Positions 10,494-23,036 of a stretch of DNA of 64,000 nucleotides are shown piece by piece. Numbering within the stretch: the stretch's first letter is position 1; every line of letters begins with the position of its first letter. The stretch is from Octopus sinensis (Eukaryota): NCBI RefSeq assembly GCF_006345805.1, contig NC_043020.1:8990001-9054000 (forward strand). Reading direction: 5' to 3'. A program made the translations under genes and the position numbers. The notes beneath the pieces were generated by a model, which worked only from the letters and a program-made list of their open reading frames with translations, was not told the DNA's origin and did not search any database.

Positions 10494-12171
10494 TTTCTGT
10501 CTGCGGAGAAATGGCAAAAATTTGCTCTGTTTGTAATTATACCATATGTTATATATGTATTTGTATATATGTAATACATCAAATGAGAATACTGAGATAT
10601 GATTCACCCCAACCCCTATCACACATTCCTGTTATTCATACCTTTATCACTTGTGTTTTTCTCTCTTTGAGGAAGTTTGTAAGTGAGCCTAGGTGTGGGG
10701 TTGTGATGTCCATTTAGTTGCTCTGAAGAAATGACATCTCTTGGGCTGATGCCAGGTAAAAGCCACTCAGTAGACTCTGTAGAGTGGTTGGTGATATAGG
10801 AAAGACGTTTGACTGTAGAAATGAAGATAGAAATGAAACCTGAGTGAGATGAGGCTCTCTGATGCATCTCGGTGAGCAGTACCCATGAATATGCGCAATC
10901 TCTGTGTGGTCCTGTCCAACCCATGCCAGCATGGAAAGCAGACGTAAAACTGATGGTGATGGTGACTGTAGATTTTATAGGTTTTAAGGGATTTATCTTT
11001 TTTTTTTTTTTTTACTAATTTCAGTGATTGGACTGTGGCTATGCTGGGGCGCTGCCTCAAAGGGCTTTACTTGAGCAAATCAACCCTGTGCTTATTTTTT
11101 AAGTCGGATGTTTATTCTATCGTTCTCTTTTGCTGAACAGCTAAGTTACAGGGATGTAAATGAACCAATGCTGGTTGTCAAGTGATAGGGGCAGACAAAC
11201 ACAAACATGGGCTTCCACGCAGTTTCCACCTATCAGATTCACTCGAAAGGCTTCGGTCTGCTCAGGGCTATAGTAAAAGACTCTTGCCGAAATTGCTGCG
11301 AAGTGAGGCTGAACCTGAAATCCCATGTCTGCGAGGCAATCTCCTTATCCACACAGCCATGCCTGGAGGAACTGAAGAAATCCGTCACTGCCAATTAAAA
11401 AAAAAAAAAAAAAAAAGGGTGGGGGTCTTCATAAACCAGTGTAGAATATTGTCTTCTTCAGTACACACGCACCTTTCTAAAATGATGATGTTTCACAAAT
11501 CCCGTGTCTCATCAGGGTAATGTGACCTCCCAGTGAAGATGTGGTGATGGCCATTGTTGGAAGACATTGGTTGATTGGATTCACTCAGCTGGCTGCTGCT
11601 GCTGCCTTTTGTCACTCATTAGCACTGGATAAGAGAAAGGCAAGAGATTGCACAACTGACTGATTGCCATCTGATTCATGGTATCAATATGAATCAGTCG
11701 TATTGATTGTCAACTTCTTTACAAAGCAAGATGTGTGTGTGTGAGAGAGAGAAAGAAAGAAAGAAAGAAAGAAAGACAGACAGAGAGAGAGAGAGATAGT
11801 GTATCTTTCAGAAAGGTATCTCCTTGTCAACTCAGTTCTGATTGAGCAGTTCTATTATGAAAAGTATTCTAACCATGGCCATCCTGTCTTTATGTAAATC
11901 ATTACATTGACTAATGTGTTCTTTGTTTATAAAAAATTTTTGTGTGATTTGTGGGAAATTTGACTGCTGTTTCTAGCAGAGTGAGTGACTGCAAGTGGCT
12001 CATCCCACCCCTTTTACGTTCTAACATTCTGGTGATATGAATTGTATCGTGTTCTTTAAGCATTGCCCTTGTGGCAAATACAAAAATGTATATTTTCATG
12101 TTAGAACACATGCATGTATTGTCACATTGCTGTAGACTGGGCCTTTGGATTAACTTATATTTCAGATAACA

Positions 12172-12780
12172 GGGCACCATTCGAGTGTGATCGTTACCAG
12201 CGACGCCTTACTGGCACTTGTGCCCGTGCTTTTAGGGTGCCAAGAGCACCATCCAAGCGTGATCGTTGCCAGAGCAGCCAACTGGCTTCGTGCCGGTGGC
12301 ACATAAAAGGGCACCATTCGAGCGTGATCGTTACCAACGTTGCCTTACTGGCACTTGTGCCCATGCTTGTAGGGTGCCAAGAGCACCATCTGAGCGTGAT
12401 TGTTGCCAGAGCAGCCAACTGGCTTTGTGCTGGTGGCACGTAAAAGGGCACCATTCGAGTGTGATCGTTACCAATGTTGCCTTACTGGCACCTGTGCCCG
12501 TGCTAGTAGGGTGCCAAGAGCACCATCCGAGCGTGATTGTTGCCAGAGCAGCCAACTGGCTTTGTGCCGGTGGCATGTAAAAGGGCACCATTCAAGTGTG
12601 ATCGTTACCAACGTTGCCTTACTGGCACCTGTGCCCGTGCTAGTAGGGTGCCAAGAGCACCATCCGAGCGTGATCGTTGCCAGAGTAGCCAACTGGCTTT
12701 GTGCCGGTGGCACATAAAAGGGCACCATTCGAGCGTGATCGTTACCAACGTTGCCTTACTGGCACCTTTGCCGGTGGCAT
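12172..12780 (+). repeat. 137-bp tandem repeat (about 4.4 units) inside an RTE-tailed element
   Basis: gggcaccattc at 12172, 12309, 12446, 12583 and 12720. Confidence 0.95.
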
Positions 12781-13015
12781 GTGTAAAAAGATTTGAGCAA
12801 GGTCGTTGCCAGTACCGCCTGACTGGCCTCGTGTCGTTGGCATGTAAAAAGCACCCACTACAGTGGTTGGCGTTAGGAAGGGCATCCAGCTGTAGAAACT
12901 CTGCCAGTTCAAGATTGGAGCATGGTGCGACCGTCTGGTTCGCCAGCCCTCAGAGTCAAAATCGTCCAACCCATGCTAGCATGGAAAGCGGATGTTAAAC
13001 GATGATGATGATGAT
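12172..13015 (+). mobile_element. family C RTE-tailed element with expanded internal array
   Basis: The array runs into ggttggcgttaggaagggcatccagc ... ccatgctagcatggaaagcggatgttaaac(gat)n. Confidence 0.85.
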
Positions 13016-13281
13016 TTGTTAATTTCTTGTCCTCCGGATTTATTTTTTCCAGTTTAAACACCATTGACATCATCTAATGTCTGTCTTTGATGTTGGTATT
13101 GGTCGGAGAGTTTGACAGGAACCTTGGAGCCAGAGGATTGTATTGCACTCCAATGTCGGTTTTGACATGGTTTCAACAGTGAGATGCCCTTCCTAATGTC
13201 AACCACTTTACAAAATATACTGGGTGCATTTTTCATGGCACTGGCATTTAGGGAGGTCTCCAAGAGGTCACTTACAAGACA

Positions 13282-13634
13282 AAGAGGCACGCTCGGCTGG
13301 GTGAAAAGGCATGCTCGGCTGGGTGAAGAGGCATGCTCGGCTGGGTGAAGAGGCGTTCTCGGCTGGGTGAAGAGGCCCGCTCGACTGGGTGAAGAGGCAC
13401 ACTCGGCTGGGTGAAGAGGCGTGCTCGGCTGGGTGAAGAGGCGTGCTCGGCTGGGTGAAGAGGCGTGCTTGGCTGGGTGAAGAGGCGTGCTCGGCCGGGT
13501 GAAGAGGCGTGCTCGGCCGGGTGAAGAGGCGTGCTCGGCTGGGTGAAGAGGCGTTCTCGGCTGGGTGAAGAGGCGTGCTCAGCTGGGTGAAGAGGCGCTC
13601 TCGGCTGGGTGAAGAGGCACACTCGGCTGGGTAA
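13282..13634. repeat. 22-bp GC-rich minisatellite (about 16 units)
   Basis: gctcggctgggtgaagaggcgt at 13291, 13313, 13335 and onward. Confidence 0.95.
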
Positions 13635-13687
13635 AGAAGCAGCAGAGAAGTGGGGGTAGCTTCATGTCAGATGGTGAATGGTTAAAA

Positions 13688-14024
13688 CTGGGGTTCTCAA
13701 CCATTTTTTTTTTTTTATCTATCAATCCTTTTGGTCACTATTTTATTTTGGTAGACCCCCCACATAGCCATTCTATGTTTAAAAACTAGTTTTGTAAAAA
13801 TTTCTTTCAGAATTCTTGTTTTTTTTTTTTTTTTCACACATTAACTTGAATAGGTTGAGCTTCGTAAAACATGGAGAAAGAAGCCTACATGTTTCAAGGG
13901 CAAAACATACATCTAACACAAAACCGTTTCAGGGGTCCTTAAGATACTATTGTGGAACCCAATTTACTGTTTTTCTACATGGACCTCCCCAAAATCTCAT
14001 ATGGACTCTGGTTGAGAACCAGTG
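13688..14024. mobile_element. hAT-type MITE
   Basis: TIRs ctggggttctcaacc / ggttgagaaccagtg. The 8-bp TSD ggttaaaa / ggtttaaa is recoverable after removing the adjacent TTAA MITE. A 3' fragment of the same family lies at about 28390-28512. Confidence 0.7.
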
Positions 14025-14027
14025 GGT

Positions 14028-14256
14028 TTAACCCTTTAGCATTTAAACCAGCCATATCCGGCCAAAAGTATTCTACCTGTTTTATGTTCAAACTGGCCAG
14101 ATCTGGTCTCTCACACCAACCCTACAATATCATTTTAAAAATTAATAGCTACCTCATCAAAATCTCAATGCTACAAGATAATGCTGGATTAGTTCAAAAC
14201 AATGTGGATAAAAAAGGATTAATTTTGGAAGAATAATGCAAACACTAAAGGGTTAA
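14028..14256 (+). mobile_element. piggyBac-type TTAA MITE (P1)
   Basis: TTAA-ccctttagc ... ctaaaggg-TTAA. Confidence 0.9.
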
Positions 14257-15960
14257 AGTATGATGAAGGGACAAGAACAGATGCGTCTTGCTTTGAGAAG
14301 AGATGCATGATTGCTCCCTCCCATGATTGCCCCTGCCAGCATATTTTAGGTGGGAGGCAATCTCTAGAAAGAGAGGGGATGGTAGTGGAGAGAGAGAGGG
14401 GGAATCAGGAAAGGTGTGTGAGTGGGTGGGTAAGTTTGCAAGGGTGTGAGAGAAAAGCGACAGGTGGTTAGAGATGGCGGATGTAGGAGTGAATGTAGAC
14501 TGATGAAAGAGGTGGAGGTCTGAGAAATGCTTTTCTTTTAAATGTCAGAACAATAACATTGACATGGCAGATGATTACACACACATATACACACATCTAT
14601 ATATATATATATATATATATAAATAATGTGATCTGTTGGTCTAGTCCTGTTTTTTTAATTGTTGTTGGTGGTGGTTGTCATGCTTTAGGAATGTCAGTTG
14701 AAGAATGTAGTCTTCTACTGAGAAGAATGGTGGAGGTGGGATGGAGGGAGAATACTTTGAAGGAATCCTACCTTTATCCCATCTATCATTTGCTACATGC
14801 TCTTGTGCACTTGATCCCCTAGCCCCATTCCCCTTCTCTGTATCTCTCCCTCCCCATCTCGGCATATTCATCCCCTTTTACCCTGAGGGTAGGTTCTGAG
14901 TCCCAGTCCCCACTGTCGGCTTTTCCAGCTAGTATAGCTGTGCATGTTCTCCACCCTAAGACCCCTGTTCCTGTCCCCCGCTATCATACTCTTGCCTCTC
15001 GTTACATTGTACAAGTCAAGGGGTTCTTGTCTTGCGAGCTACATGATGACCCCACCATAACTGGTGACATGTAAAAAAAGCACCCAGTACACTCTGTTTT
15101 TGGTGCTAGGTAAAGTATCCAACCATAGAAACTATGCCAAAATAAACATTGGACTTTGACAAAGTCCTCTGACCTGTTGCATCTTGTCAAGCCATGCAAC
15201 TATGAAAGATGATGACGATGGTAGTGGTGTAAGTTTTAATCATTCTCAGATAAAATGCCTAACTTGGCTTTCATCATTTATTTTACACTTTACGTTCTGT
15301 AAAGTGGTTGGTGTTAGAAAGGGCATCCAGCCATAGAAACCATGCCAAAACAGACATAGAGCCCAGGCGAACTGCTGTCAAACTGTCCAACCCAGGCCAA
15401 CATGGAAAATGGATGTTAAAAGATGATTTCTTGGCTGAGATATTGGGGTGGTTTGTCATTGCTTTCTCCAACTGGATGGCTTGTTGGCCCACAAGGAATC
15501 CTGTCCTTCAATAGGTCTGACAAGAGACAAGTACCATTCCCAAATGTTTAGCTGTAACATCATTTGTTAAAGTCTTTGTCATAAGGATTTTATTTTATCA
15601 TTACTTGTGACAGTTTATTTAATGTATAGTTCTGTCCTGTTCCTCACCTTGACAGGCAAGACAGCCTCATAAACTTTGTATTTTCTGAAATTTTTAGATT
15701 TATCACAGATTGTGACAGTTATAGAGATTTGGTAAATCCCCTAAAGGCAATCTTACATCAACCCCTTTAATATTCAGATTTATTCTCTCAAATGAAATGT
15801 TTATTTATTCACATTGTTTTGAATGAATCCTGCATTATCTCATAGCCTTGAGATTTCAGTGATGTGATTATTTTTAGAATGACATTGTAGGGCAGGTATG
15901 AGAGGCTGGATCTGACCAGTTTGAACATAAAACACGCTATTTGAGCTGGATGTGGCTTCT

Positions 15961-16189
15961 TTAACCCTTTAGTGTTTGCATTATTCTGCCAAAATTAATG
16001 CTTTTTCATCCTCATTGTTTTGAACTAATCATGCATTATCTTGTAGCTATGAGATTTTAATGAGGTAGCTGCTAATTTCTAGAACAATATTGTAGGGTTG
16101 GTGTGAGAGACCAGATCCGGTCAGTTTGAACATAAAACAGGCAGAATACTTTTGGCCGGATATGGCCGGTTTAAATGCTAAAGAGTTAA
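15961..16189 (-). mobile_element. piggyBac-type TTAA MITE (P1)
   Basis: Reverse complement of the 14028 copy; TTAA at both ends. Confidence 0.9.
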
Positions 16190-16239
16190 ATGCTAAAAGG
16201 TTAAAGCCAGTGAAGATTTCTTTTCTCTTTTTTTTTGAC

Positions 16240-16730
16240 TAAACACCAGCTGGTAATTCACAAATAGCCAGCTGGATTGTTGGAATCCCAGAAATCCTGG
16301 CTAAAAAATGTAACTGCAAGGCAGTCTTAGCTGAACTGGATATGGAAATTCCAATAACAGCTGTTTTTTTCCTGAATAGTTTTGGCCTTTCTAAGCCTCT
16401 GTCTGCTTGAAAATAAAAAGTGCCTGGCCATTTAAATCTTAACTCTAGTATAAGCAATCCGGATGTCCTCATTAATGCTCCTGTTTTTCGAAAAGGACAC
16501 CAAATACAAGGTCATTACAGCAGTTGATTATCCAAAGTGTTTTCTTTTTCCTTTGCTGGAAGGATATTCAGGATCCTGCCAAGATCTATCAAGAGATGCT
16601 TTGTCTCAAGTATGAAGCAAAAATAGCACTTTTGATATTTTTGGCTCTCAAACTGAGTCACCAATCTGCTGGACCCCAATAGGATGCTGTTTCAAGACCA
16701 TTGCCATAAACCAATCTCTGTCTGTATTTA
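16240..16730 (-). mobile_element. possible ancient LINE RT relic
   Basis: The minus frame has stop-riddled segments (PKISKVLF, YLVSFSKNRSINEDIRIA) loosely resembling the post-YLG region of RTE/L2 RTs. Confidence 0.3.
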
Positions 16731-17420
16731 CTTGCTCAGCTGAGTTTATCTTGCCTCAGTGATTAGATTGTGGCCATTCTGGGGCACCACATTGAATTTT
16801 TAGTCAAATGAATTGACACAAGTGTCTTTTTTTATGTTTAAAGCCTGGTACTTATTCTGTTGGTCTCATTTGCTGAGCTGCTAAGTTATGGGGACATAAA
16901 CATACCAACACCAGTTGCCAAGCAGTGATGCTAGGACACACACACACACACGAGTTTCTTTCAGTTTCCATCTACCACATCCACTTAAAAGGCTATAGTA
17001 TAAGACACTTGCCCAAGGTGCCATGCAGTGGGACTGAACCCAGAACCATGTGGTTGGGAAACAGTCTTCTTACCACACAACCATGTCTGTGCCTTAACTT
17101 TTTTTTCTTTTTTGTCGGTGTTATGACATAATTTGTCTTGTGCACTCGTTAATATTGCAAATACCAATCAATTAAAGCCAATTTTCAGTTTGTAGTGGAG
17201 ACCCCAAAAACCTGATCAAAATCGATATTGCTTAGAATGGTTTAGTCTTGAAACCATTTCAAGACAAATGTTACAATGGCATCAACATCATGTAAACCCT
17301 GGATTACTGGAATATGTCAAATTAGCTATTATTGTTAATTATTGTACAATTAGCTATTATTGTTAATTATTCACACTCTCTACATAGAGGTCATATTTGG
17401 AAACTTTTATGTCTCTGGTA

Positions 17421-17648
17421 TTTGGCAGAAACGTTAGCACGCCGGGCGAAATGCGTAGCCGTATTTCGTCTGCCGTTACGTTCTGAGTTCAAATTCCGCT
17501 GAGGTCGACTTTGCCTTTCATCCTTTCGGGGTTGATAAATTAAGTACCAGTTACGCACTGGGGTTGATATAATCGACTTAATCCGTTTGTCTTTCCTTGT
17601 TTGTCTCCTCTGTGTTTAGCCCCTTGTGGGTAGTAAAGAAATAGGTAT
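17421..17648 (+). mobile_element. SINE family B monomer ending with the multimer junction
   Basis: Young B consensus; ends aaagaaata-ggtattt. Confidence 0.85.
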
Positions 17649-17654
17649 TTGTAT

Positions 17655-18182
17655 TTAATCCTTTTTGATACCAACCTGCTTGAGACCACCTGTTGTTCTG
17701 TGATACAAACTTCCTATTTTAAATGATCTTAATTAAATCTTGCATCGTTTCATGTTAATTTATGCCCCAATCACCAGCTTAATGTCAAGTTCATCATCAT
17801 CATCATCTTCGTTTAGCGTCCGTTTTCCATGCTAGCATGGGTTGGACGGTTCAACTGGGGTCTGTGGAGCCAGGAGGCTGCATCAGGCCCAGTCAGATCT
17901 GGCAGTGTTTCTACGGCTGGATGCCCTTCCTAACGCCAACCACTCCGTGAGTGTAGTGGGTGCTTTTTACGTGCCACCCGCACAGGTGCCAGACAGAGCT
18001 GGCAAACGGCCACGAACGGATGGTGCTTTTACGTGCCACTGGCACGGGGACCAGGCGAGGCTGGCTACGGACACGAACGGATGGTGCTTTTACGTGCCAC
18101 CGGTTAAATTTGTCATTATTTTCAAAATTAATTGAATCAAAGGCAGTGGACTTCAAAAGAAATATGGTAACAAAAGGGTTAA
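17655..18182 (+). mobile_element. second TTAA MITE family (P2) interrupted by a family C element (about 17790-18102, minus)
   Basis: TTAA-tcctttttgatacc ... ggtaacaaaaggg-TTAA. Related fragments at about 7400-7492 and 7612-7737. Confidence 0.7.
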
Positions 18183-18402
18183 AGTGATCTAAATGAAACC
18201 CTTCCTTCTAAATTTCATGTTAATTTACATTCCAAACCCCAGAATAATAATGACGGTTGCTTTATGAAATAATCTTCAAAATGAATTGAAATAAAGGCAG
18301 TGGATTTCAATATGGTGACAAAAGCCATTATGGTTCTGAAGCTTTTTCTGGCATTGTTAAATTGTACTATCTTGAAGATTACATCTGTTTCACTTCACTA
18401 GT

Positions 18403-18629
18403 TTAACCCTTTAGTGTTCAGATTATTCAATCAAACATAATGCTTATTGATTCCCATTTATTTGAATTAATCATGCATTATCTCATATCTTCAAGAGCTT
18501 GATGGTGTAATTACTTAATATAGAATAACATTGTAGGATAGGTGTGAGAGCCTGGATCTGATCAGTTTGAACATAAAACAGATTAACTATTTTGGCCGGA
18601 TATGGTCGGTTTAAATACTAAAGGGTTAA
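18403..18629 (-). mobile_element. piggyBac-type TTAA MITE (P1)
   Basis: TTAA-ccctttagtg ... ctaaaggg-TTAA; near-identical to 23837-24063. Confidence 0.9.
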
Positions 18630-18997
18630 CTCTAAATACACGCCTTACTGCTACATCAACTCAAAAATATTCTGTGGAGGATTTCAAATTCAAAATCTGA
18701 AAAGTAACCAGCTGACCAAAGAAGACCTCATTGAGCAGAATTAACTCCATGCAGAGAACAAGTCAGGTTTTGTAATAAAAGCGAAACAAAAACAAAAACT
18801 ATAAGTAACACCTTGTCATTGATTTCTCAATCCTGATCATCTTGATGTTTTTCCAATGCCTTGTATTGATCAGTTGTTAACATTATCTCAACATTTAGTA
18901 AGGTTGGTTATAAAACTAACTTCACCATTTAAAGGCTTTTACATGAGACAGTTGTATAATATACAAGTCTTCGCTTTTGGGTTTACAAATGTGGTAT

Positions 18998-19229
18998 AGG
19001 CGGCGATGTGGCAGAACCGTTAGCACCCCGGGCGAAATGCGTAGCTGTATTTCGTCTGCCGTTACGTTCTGAGTTCAAATTCCACCAAGGTCGACTTTGC
19101 CTTTCATCCTTTCGGGGTCGATAAATTAAGTATCAGTTACGCACTGGGGTTGATGTAATCGACTTAATCCGTTTGTCTGTCCTTGTTTGTCTCCTCTGTG
19201 TTTAGCCCCTTGTGGGTAATAAAGAAATA
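18998..19229 (+). mobile_element. SINE family B monomer
   Basis: aggcggcga head, gagttcaaattcc B box, gaaata end. Confidence 0.85.
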
Positions 19230-19819
19230 GATATGGTTGCAGTGAGTGTTGAACCATATCTTGTTAAATAGTCTTGAATTGATCATCTGGTTCTTAGACA
19301 TCGTTATTTTGTGGTGGCTCAAATTGAAGATAATAGTAGAAATATGCAGCTATTTCTGTCATCTGGCAATGGTCTGTCTCATTGTAATTGTTTCTCATAG
19401 AAAATACATTTTTGGTCCAAAAAAGCCCGTTTCTGTGGCTTTGGCATTTAACACCATAAAACAATACCTGATAGCAATTGGCTGCTTTCTTTAAAATGTG
19501 TGTGTGTGTGTATATGCAGGCATGGCTGTGTGGTAATAAACTTGCTTCCCAACCACATGGTTCTGGGTTCGATCTCACTACATGGCACCTTGGTCAAGTG
19601 TTTTCTACTATAGCCTTGTGAGTGGATTTGGTGGACAGAAACTGAAAGAAGCCCATCGTATATGTCTGTTTGGTTGTCAGGCAATGGTGAGAGACAATGT
19701 TGATATATTTATGCCCCTGTAACTTAGTGGTTCAGCAAATGAGACTCACAGAATAAGTACCAAACTTAAAAGACTCCCCTCCCCCAAATTACTGGTGTTA
19801 ATTTTTTTGACTAAAATTC

Positions 19820-19950
19820 TTCGGGACTTATTCTTTGTAAGCCCAGTACTTATTCTATCAGTCTCTTTTGCTGAACCGCTAATTGACGGGGACGTAAACA
19901 CACCAGCATCAGTTGTCAAGCAATGCTAGGGGACAAAGACAGATACACAA

Positions 19951-19983
<33 letters not shown>

Positions 19984-20152
19984 CATATATACGACAGGCT
20001 TCTTTCAGTTTCTGTCTACCAAATCCACTCACAAGGCATTGGTCGGCCCGGGGCTATAGCAGAAGACACTTGCCCAAGATGCCACGCAGTGGGACTGAAC
20101 CCGGAACCATGTGGTTGGTTAGCAAGCTACTTACCACACAGCCACTCCTGCG
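19820..20152 (-). mobile_element. SINE family A, 3'-truncated young copy
   Basis: Starts at gggacttattctttgtaagcc and ends ccactcctgcg. Confidence 0.85.
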
Positions 20153-20161
20153 GTATGTCCA

Positions 20162-20195
<34 letters not shown>

Positions 20196-20399
20196 ATCAT
20201 ACACACAGATTTGCGTGTGTGTGTGCTTATAGGCACATAAATGTGTTAACACGTGTGTGTGTGTGTGTGTGCATTTTTCCAGCCCATTTTAACTGTGTTA
20301 CTTCCATTGTGTGTTGAAGAACAAGAGGGACTAAACTAGAGTTTAGTCCATGTTGCTTGCTTTAAATGTGTTACAACACTTTCAACTAAATTCATTTAA

Positions 20400-20868
20400 T
20401 GGTTTACTGGTGCGTGTGTGTGTGTGTGTGTGTGTATGGAGGAGGAGGTTGTGTTGATCCCCACTCCTTTGTTTTTGGAAGCACATATATATATATATTA
20501 TATATATACACATACATGTACGTACTTCTATTTATATCTATAAGTTCTTTTATATATATGTGTGTGTGCATGTATGTGTGTGTACATGTATGTGTGTGTA
20601 CATGTATGTGTGTGTACATGTATGTGTGTGTACATTTATGTGTGTGTACATGTATGTGTGTGCATGTGTGTGTACATGTGTGTGTACATGTATGTGTGTG
20701 TGTACATGTGTGTGTGTGTACATGTGTGTGTGTGTACATGTGTGTGTGTGTACATGTATCTGTGTGTGCATGTATGTGTGCATGTTTGTGCGTGTACATG
20801 TATGTATGTATGTGTGTGTATGTACATGCATTTATGTGTACATGTATTTATATGTGCACTTTTATATA

Positions 20869-20911
<43 letters not shown>

Positions 20912-20963
20912 ATATATTATATATATATATATATATATGTATATTATATATATATATATATAT

Positions 20964-21034
<71 letters not shown>

Positions 21035-21050
21035 GTATATATATATATAT
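20400..21050. repeat. compound (TG/TACA)n-(TA)n microsatellite
   Basis: Visible; source of ORFs 20399-21126. Confidence 0.95.
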
Positions 21051-21895
21051 GGGAAATGCAATTATAGGGTGCGTAGGGAAGTGTTGGGGTGGGGTGAGTC
21101 AGGGTAAAGGGAAAACTTCCTACTGAAAAAAAAATATAAGTTATGTATCATAGTTGAGTCATTGGTGAGGTTATTTTAATATATTGTAGTTGGAGAGAGA
21201 GAGAGAGAGAGGATACATGTATACTTATATAGGCATAGTGTTTTATATATGTGAGTGTGTATACACATTTATTTATTTATTTATTGTAAAATGGGTGTTG
21301 TTTATATTTACTCTTTGTTGTACACAATGGACTCAACTGTTTCACATTTCTATTTTCTCATCTCATCACTTTTGTTTAGTGTTGTTGGTTGATGTTTAGC
21401 CCCAGGTCAAGTTTGATCGAGTAGACCTATGATCAAAGACATTCCAGTCACGAGCATTTTATAAAACTATTCATACATACATACATACATACATGCACAC
21501 AGGCGTAGGTGTTGCTTGGTGGTAAGAAGTTTGCTGCCTAACCACTTGATTCTGGGTTCAGTTCCACTGCGTGGCACCTTCGGTAAGCGTTCTCTATAAC
21601 CCTAGGCCAACCAAAATCTTATAAATGGATTTGGTAAATGGAAACTGAAAGAATCCCACCATGTGTGTGTATGTGTGTATTTTATATTCGTGTCTGTTTA
21701 TCCCCCCATCCACTGCTTGACAACTGGTGTTGGTGTGTTTGTGTCCTCATAACTTAGTGGTTTGGCAAAACAGACTGATAGAATAAATACCACAAATAAA
21801 ATAAAAAGTACTGGGTTGATTTATTTGACTGAAAGTCTTAAAGGTGGTGCCCCAGCATGGCCACAACCAAATGACTGAAGCAAGTAAAAGATAGA

Positions 21896-21933
<38 letters not shown>

Positions 21934-22390
21934 TTTGGTCCTGTTGCTCCATTTTCCAACTCGAATCCTGCATATTGTGTCCACCTTTCTGAGAATCCGG
22001 TTGGTGTGTGATGGCTTGTATTGATTGGCCACATGGTCACAGTGGACGAAGGAGTACCTTGTGGTGATAGGGACTGGCTGGGGCATTGATCGGAGGGTTG
22101 CCAGGGATGGTTCGCAGAAATACTGATGAATGGTTGATGCTGTGATGCACTGCAACGGTGCATGCTGGCATACCTGGCCGTGACATCTATAGGAATGCAT
22201 ACACCTGTTTGCGTATGAAGGTAAACATAGATGTACAATACATACATACATACATGCATGTAAAAACATACACACAATGCTCATGTATACACATTTAACC
22301 TGTGTACATGTGTAGTTATATACATGATGCATATACCCACATATACAAAGCAGCTGATCACATAAGCATGTACATGCAGTTTCTGATAAC

Positions 22391-23036
22391 ATACACACAC
22401 ACGCTCACTCAGACACACACACACACACACTCACTCAGACACACACACGCTCACTCAGACACACACACGCTCACTCAGACACACACACACGCTCACTCAG
22501 ACGCACACACACACACGCTCACTCAGACGCACACACACGCGCTCACTCAGACACACACACGCGCTCACTCAGACACATACACGCGCTCACTCAGACACAT
22601 ACACGCGCTCACTCAGACACACACACGCGCTCACTCAGACACACACACGCGCTCACTCATACACACACACGCGCTCACTCAGACACACACACGCTCACTC
22701 AGACATACACACGCTCACTCAGACACACACACGCTCACTCAGACACACACACACTCACTCAGACACACACACGCTCACTCAGACACACACACGCTCACTC
22801 AGACACACACACGCTCACTCAGACACACACACGCTCACTCAGACAGACACACGCTCACTCAGACACACACACGCTCACTCAGACACACACACGCTCACTC
22901 AGACACACACACGCTCACTCAGACACACACACGCTCACTCAGACATACACACGCTCACTCAGACACACACACGCTCACTCAGACACACACACGCTCACTC
23001 AGACACACACACGCTCACTCAGACACACACGCTCGC
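22391..23036. repeat. about 20-bp minisatellite acgctcactcagacacacac (about 30 units)
   Basis: Direct reading; source of the 293-aa HT-rich ORF. Confidence 0.95.

Noticed and set aside
11475-11520. Minus-strand hammerhead-like motif cugaugagacacgggauuugugaaacaucauc
   Set aside because: Stem II is out of register, stem III does not pair and there is no stem I. At most a decayed relic.
15648-15684. 37-nt minus-strand exon candidate (KYKVYEAVLPVK, GTGAGG donor)
   Set aside because: Weak pyrimidine tract, no partner exons, and opposite strand to the better candidates.
21930-22210. GC-balanced segment with two overlapping minus-strand ORFs
   Set aside because: No convincing splice sites. A plus frame (IGHMVTVDEGVP) looks more like a decayed RTE C-terminus.
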